A stretch of 64,000 nucleotides of DNA, taken from contig OZ059898.1 of NCBI GenBank assembly GCA_964057225.1, positions 16,244,001-16,308,000 on the forward strand, in the 5' to 3' direction. Below are positions 57,294 through 64,000 of this stretch, in pieces. The position numbers and the translations under genes are program-made. Each line of letters begins with the position of its first letter. The first letter of the stretch is position 1. Below the pieces are notes generated by a model that was given only the letters and a program-made list of their open reading frames with translations, had not been told where the DNA came from and searched no databases. Origin of the DNA: Auanema rhodensis (lineage: Eukaryota > Animalia > Nematoda).

Positions 57294-57872
57294 ATTCCTT
57301 TGATGAATTCTTTAATGGAAAAGAAACATATATTATGTGAATTTACTTGGAAAATCAACACCTTATCTCTTACTGGTCACTAATTTTTGTTTAAAAATTC
57401 ATTTTTAACTTTTATCACTCAAATAACAAAAAATTCTACATTTTCTTATGTTTCGTCATGTTATTATTACAGGATTATTGTTACATATCAGGGTAAGCTA
57501 TGAAGCTTTAATTTTTAAAAAAAGTATATGAATTGAATTATATTTAGGTTTACAACATACTTGGTCTCTATTATCTCTTGCTCAAAATTACTTTATTATT
57601 TGCAATAATGCATTATTATATTTATGAATTATGAATAAATATTATTCTTTCTTTTAAAAATACATTATATTCAACCAATTTTTTTAAAATAAATTTGTTT
57701 TTTATTGTATATGATAATAGTTTTTATTATCTTTTCTATAATTATATATATTTAAATACATTATTTTACTTGAATGTTTTTATTGGAATCGAAATTGAAC
57801 AAATTAGAAAGAAAAATTCTAATAATCTACTAGTTAATCATATTGAGAAATGATTCCACATCTTCTATCATA

Positions 57873-60081
57873 CTATAACATATCAGCTGTTTGGATTTCT
57901 TCGTTTTCTTCCAACGGAACTATAAATTTTCTTTTTCTTTTTTTTTTCATTGACAATAGCACCTACCAGCTCTGTATTGAATAAAGAATTTCGAGATATA
58001 GAATCGGTTGTAGACGACGACAGGCGTTGGATTGTTTAAACTTGTAAACGTTCTGTTATAGAACTCGGGACAGCAAAATCTTGAAATTCATATTCTTTGT
58101 TGAAATAGAAATTTTATTTTCAAATATTCTGACCTTGGACTTGTAGTCTTGATATCAGGCATTCTTTTAATTTCAATTCCATTAAATGGACATGAGATTT
58201 GGCATTGATGATTGGCAATATTCATGATTTTGGTTTCAATTTTAGTACCAGGAGGAGTCTTAATAAGAAATAATTAAAATAAGAAATTTAAAAATGTATT
58301 ATACCTTAATCCATGTAGTACATACAGTAAAATCATATCGAAGTACATTAGTTTCTTCACCAATTTCAATTTTTATTTTTTGCCATTCAGGTGTTGCTTC
58401 TAAAATAGAACCACAGGTACCATCATTTGGCTGAAAATAGAGAATATAAAGATTTGAAAAAAGAAAAAAAGAAAGATTTTACCCTTTCATTACATGCAAT
58501 ACCACCATATCCTAATGGACAAACACATTTAGAACAATCATTAGGATTAGGATATCCTCCATTTGTACAGACAATAGAAGTGGATGAATCACATACTTCT
58601 TAAAAAACACAAAATATTTTATAAAATTAGTAAATCAACTAAAACTTACTATCACATGAGTAATGAATGTTGAGCATAAGCATATCATAAAATGAAATCA
58701 TACGATTACCCAAAGTAAAGATATAATCAAGATCATTTGGTACAATTGAATATCCTTGTGTACTTGGACTTGCAAATCTAAAATAAATTTATTTTTTTAT
58801 TGAAATAAATTGAAAATAAGCTTACGAATTGGCACTGTAATGTAAGAAACTACCATATTCATATGGGGTTAAGCTCTTTTCTTCATTTGTTGTTAACTTA
58901 GCAAAGTTCATTTCCATATTATCCTAAAACATTGTTTTAGATAAAACTTGTATTACTATTCTAGTAAATACATCAATATTATCTAAATCAATAGTAACAT
59001 GCTGATCACGATCAGCTCTCATTTGTGTGTGCCATATGCCCAAAGCATGAGTTAACTCATGAGCTACAGTTCCAATCTGAATAAAAAAAAAGAATAATTT
59101 TTGTTTTTTAATTAAAATTTGAGAGAGAATGGTTTGGAAAAGACGTACTACACTACATCCGTCACCAAGTGATAATGTTTGTTCTCCACCAAGCATACCA
59201 ACTGATGCATAACATCCAACACCTTTGAAAATCTTTACACGATTTTTAGCTTCAGCATTATTCTCGAAACGAATACATGTTCTTGATTCAATATACTTAA
59301 TAGCATCAACAATAGATAATCTTGTTTCATCATCTAAAGATAGATTTAGATAGATTGTTAAAGTTTCAATTTACCTATTTCTGGCTCAATAGTATAGAAT
59401 AAAGTATTATTTGCCCATTTATTATATATTTTTGTAATTTGTCTTTTAGCTCTTCTCATTGATATACTACTATCAACTTCTTCATCAGCTAATGATATTT
59501 CTATTTCATCAAACTGCCGGCTAAAATAGAATTTCAATTTCTATTTTAAAATATATAAAACTTACTCAGAAAGTACAATATCTCCTTGGAATAAATATTC
59601 AGCTAAGCCTGACTCAATATTTTTTGCAATTGGATCTGTGTCATTGAGAACACTAGTGAATTCAATATTTGGAATTAACTAAAAATTATTTTGAGAAGAT
59701 TTGAAAGACTTTTCTGAACGAACCTCTTGAAGAAGACCAACATTCTTATGCTTTTCTCTGTAAGCAGTGAAGTTTTGCTTTCCGAATAAATCAGAAAGAA
59801 CTCTTAAACGATCTCCATGATGTAAAAGATCTTGAGTCAGCTGAATTTGTTTTTATATTCAAAAATAAAAAATAAAAATAGAAACTTACATTTGATAGAA
59901 GTTGATCAGTAGCCTTAACCGTTTCTCCAACGGTGTGCCCAACAGCAAAAGCACTTTGTCTTACAGTGTTCACTATCTCAGTTCCAAGTTGATCTATTAA
60001 TGTCCACAAGGAATTTGGCAAATGAAAAGTTTCGGAATTTCCAACCAGGAAAAATAGGCAGATGAGCGGTGCTAGATGCAT
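57873..60081 (-). CDS. Astacin (M12A) zinc metalloprotease: signal-pro-astacin-EGF-CUB
   Basis: Signal peptide MHLAPLICLFFLVG. Propeptide LFQGDIVL with an RAKR cleavage site. Zinc motif HELTHALGIWHTQMRADRD. Met-turn region YEYGSFLHY. EGF CTNGGYPNPNDCSKCVCPLGYGG..C. CUB CTTWIK..CQCQISCPFNGIEIK...PRFC. Confidence 0.93.
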
Positions 60082-60149
60082 CAGACGTTTTCAAACACAA
60101 AACTCTGAGGAGAATTAGCTCCGGATGATTGAACTACTTCATTTCCTAC

Positions 60150-60158
60150 CTTATATAC
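60150..60158 (-). promoter_or_regulatory. Nematode-type TATA box upstream of the astacin gene
   Basis: GTATATAAG (fits GTATAWWAG) ~70 nt upstream of ATG 60081. Confidence 0.5.
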
Positions 60159-61043
60159 CAAAGCCATTTTTGTTTTTTTTATTTTGAAGAATAACTGATC
60201 AAATGATTTAACATTTCATAAGTTAAAGTATTTTCAGATAAACAACTTTTGAATTTTCAAAATAAATTTGAAACAATTGCTAAATGAAATCTTTTCATCT
60301 CAGTTGTTTTTTTTTAGTTTTTCTTTATTTGATTTTTTATTAATAAAAAAAATAAACAAAGTTAAAAGATTCCGTCACATATTTACTATAAGGTGTTAAT
60401 GATTCAGCTGTGTTTGAGCTTTTTCCACCCAAAGTTCATAACATCCACATGTTTTGAATAAAATTGTTTTCGCAGAGTATACTATCTTCTTTTGGAATGG
60501 GAATAAGAGATAGAAGAGAAAGTTGAAAGAGAGAGAGAGAGACAAAGATAGAGAGAGAGATTCCTCTCGGGTAGTTCATAATCACGTTTCCACATCACGT
60601 CGTTAGATATCATTCATATCAGAAATATGTATGTATATCACCATATAGTGATTAACAGCTGATAAAATCTTTTATTTAAAATTTGATCGAAATTAATCTT
60701 AGAAATACAAAAATTTGATAAATTCAATTGAATCTTCTAAAAATAATTCCTGTATTCAAGTATACAATATTTTTCTTCTTCTTAGAATATTTTTTTGTTA
60801 CTTTTGGAAGAAATATTTAAAAAATTTGACATTTATGAACATATCTGTATGTAGTTATGTATGTAAAAAGTAGATTGGTAATTATAAAATTGAAATATTG
60901 ATAAAATAATATGAGACAAGGCTGTAATTATATTTAAAATTGAAGAGAAGGTTAAGAGAGGCAGTATAGTTGTGTTTATGTGACTTTATTAGGAGACATC
61001 TCTAGATAAGAATGAGCTGAATTAGATAGGAGTCACAGCAGCT

Positions 61044-64000
61044 ATGCGGCGTTGTACTCTTATTTTAATTTCCCTCGTTGTTACAGCATTATTCTTATTG
61101 GGTTTATTCTTATTAATTCCATTTCCTTTGGCAATTTTTCAAACAATTGTTGATTCACAAGTATATTTCCAGTAAGTTTCAATTTTCTAAAAACTTTTTT
61201 CCTCAATCAAGTTTTCTCAAGGTTTCAAACTTTTGATTTGATTTCTTTTTGTTTTAGACGAACTAGCACTGGTGAACTTCCAAAAGCTACCTATTACTGG
61301 AGTAGCTTACCTGCTATTCAACATTTTGATTTTTATTTTTTCAATGTTACAAACCCTGACGAAGTTTTATATAATGGAGCTAAAGCACATCTACTTGAAA
61401 TGGGCCCATATTCATATGCGTATGTTTTAAATATAATATAATATAATATAATAATTTATAATTTATATATTATAGTGAAAGAGAATTTAAAGAAAATATT
61501 GAATGGCTGAATAGTGATACAATGGTTTATTATTCTAATAATAAAACATGGGTAAATTTTTTTATATTTTTGTTTTTATTTCTTTTCTATTTCATAGACA
61601 TTTGATCCAGCTAATTCTTGTCCTACATGCCGTTATTATGATCCTTTGAATATGCCAAATCTACCATATATGGTTAGTTTTATATATTTATTATAATTCA
61701 ATTATTCTAAAATTACATATACATATGCGATATATTTTTTTATTTTCGCAAATCACCACAAACACGTGTTTTCTGAGCTCAGAAGTCAGAAAAAAAATCC
61801 GTTCTATCTATGTGAGTGTTGTGCAGAAAAGGAAATTGATAAGCAATTTGGCGCCATGAGCTGCCTACAGCGTTTTCGTTTGCACCTGCTTCACGTAATC
61901 CTCTAGTGCCTACATGGGATGATTGATAGAAAAAATTTTTTTCACCAAAACGCAAATTTTTTTTCAAAACTCCAATTTGAAATCAATCGGATTACAAAGT
62001 TACATGACAGGTTGAGATATGATATGGCTACTGTTCTTGAAAAAAAAATTTCTTTTATGGAACTAAACATGATAAATAATTTTTATTATATTATAAAGCC
62101 TCAATAATGGAAAGAGACTGTGAAATAAAAAATTTTAACGTCAAATTTGACTATTTATCACTATCACACGTGGAAACATAAATTCTTATCAAAGTTATGC
62201 GAAAATGAAATGAATTAACATTCTTATATCCTTTTCAGTCTTTGCTAAAAATGAAAACTGATAACAACCTATCAGGAATAGCTGTAATAATTATGGATAT
62301 TTTCTCATTAATTCTTGGAGAATATCCTTTAACGTATGAAAAAATTTCAAATAATTTCTTTTTAAAATTATAAATTTTTAGAGTTGTACCAATGGCAAAA
62401 GCAACATTTGATGGATATGATGATCCATTAATATCATTTATGAATAGTGAATTAATTCAAGTAAATCATATAAAATATATAATAATTTAATATATTTTTC
62501 ATTAATAGAATCTTACAACTATTTTCAATTTACAATTACCACAACAAGACGCTGGTGGTTTCTTCCCATTAGTATGTTTCTTTTTCAAAACATTTTTCTA
62601 AACATATTTATAAATATTTTTCATTTTTAAGTTTAAAGTTTTTATAATTCTTTTACAATATTTAAAGAGTTAAGTTGGTAATCAAAAATTATGAGAGTAA
62701 AAATTTGATCAAGATATATTCAAGATTATCATGAACTCCCACTTTTTCTTTTGTGTTATAGTTTTGTCGACCAAAAATCGTAAAATTCTTATCATTCCTC
62801 AGTTTTCGGAACCAAAAGAAATACAAAGATAAAATAGCTTTTCATTGATATAAATTGAATGCAAAGAATATGAAAATTTGAAAAAAAACCATAAAATTTT
62901 ATTTTTAAAAAAAGAAATTTACTTTCAGTATAACCATACAGCTGATGGTAGTTATTATACAAAAACTGGTAAAGATGATGTAAATAAGTATGTTTTCATT
63001 AATTATTAACAAAACATACAAATAATTAATTCTTATAGCCTTGGACTTATCCAAAAATGGGTAAATACTTCACATTTACCATGGTGGGGAGATGAATATT
63101 CAAGAGATATATCTAATAGTGGAGGTTAATATATGATAGTTTATATTTATTTTATAATAAAAACAAATATTTAGATGGATCATTTCAAAAACCAAATTTG
63201 AAAAAAGATGATACACTTAAACAATTTCAATCATTTGTTTGTAGGTAAGTATTTTATTTTATTTAAAATTGATTAAATATATCAATAATATTACAGATCA
63301 TTTTACTTACATTATGATTCAAGTATCTCAAATGGTAATATTCCGGCTTATCGTTTCAAAATGAACGATGATACATTTGACACAACTCTTCTCAAAAATA
63401 AAGGATATCAATATGAAAATCACGAAAAAATTGTTGGTTTTCATTAAGAATTACAAAAATAAGATTATTTCTATAGGATTATTTCCCCACATGGCCTTGT
63501 GGTGCAAATCATACGTATAAACCTGATGATTCTTGCACCAATTTTGATTGTTCTCTTAGACAAAACTGGTGTAATTCTTGTTGCAAAGGAACACATTATA
63601 ACGATACCGTATTTTTACCACCAGGAATGTTTCCTCTTCGTTGTTTCCCAGGTAAATTGCACTGAATTTCACTTTTAATTTGAACAATTGAAGGAAAATT
63701 TGAATTACTACCAGTGGCAGCTTTCATATCTCCTCCACATTTTATTTGGTCTCCAGAAGAAGTGCAAGAAAATGTATATGGGTTGAATCCCGATCCAACT
63801 ATTCATCACCCTGGTATATTTGATATCAACCCTGTATGATTTCAAACTTTCATTTTATTTAAAATTATTCATATAAATTTCAAGACTACTGGATCAACAC
63901 TAGGAGGAGCATTCAGAACACAATTCAACGTTCCAATTTACCATTCAGATGATTTCACGTAGGGCTGATATAAGATTTTTCGCAGTCCATATACCAATTT
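61044..64000 (+). CDS. CD36/SCARB-family scavenger receptor (SCAV-like), 3'-truncated by the window
   Basis: N-terminal TM, then FYFFNVTNPDEVLYNG..LLEMGPYSY, FDGYDDPL, YYTKTGKDD, W..LPWW, FQSFVCRS, a Cys-rich insert, ISPPHF, GLNPDP..H...FDINPTTG. Confidence 0.92.

Overview
AT-rich rhabditid-type nematode genomic DNA with many 45-60 nt introns, TTTCAG/TTTTAG acceptors and TA/GA microsatellites. Genes were read by manual splicing. (1) unc-2/CaV2 voltage-gated calcium channel alpha-1 subunit (+, to 24031), with two alternative N-termini and candidate alternative C-terminal exons. (2) A small Cys-patterned type I membrane protein (-). (3) A decayed coding-like region at ~27-30 kb. (4) A type II membrane fibrinogen-domain protein (+). 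(5) An SLC17 anion transporter (-). (6) amx-1/LSD2 (KDM1B) histone demethylase (+). (7) A complete 10-exon apy-1/CANT1 apyrase gene lying on the SAME strand inside one 1.95 kb amx-1 intron; this is the most unusual feature of the window. (8) A secreted, very Cys-rich protein with chitin-binding-like, CC-repeat and EB-like modules (-). (9) A small multi-pass membrane protein (+). (10) An astacin-EGF-CUB metalloprotease whose Met-turn Met is replaced by Leu (-). (11) A CD36/SCAV receptor (+) that runs off the window end. Also present are two probable decayed Tc1/mariner remnants in unc-2 introns, a candidate antisense microprotein and a miR-279/mir-44-like sequence. All exon boundaries are hand-derived; no database searches were run.
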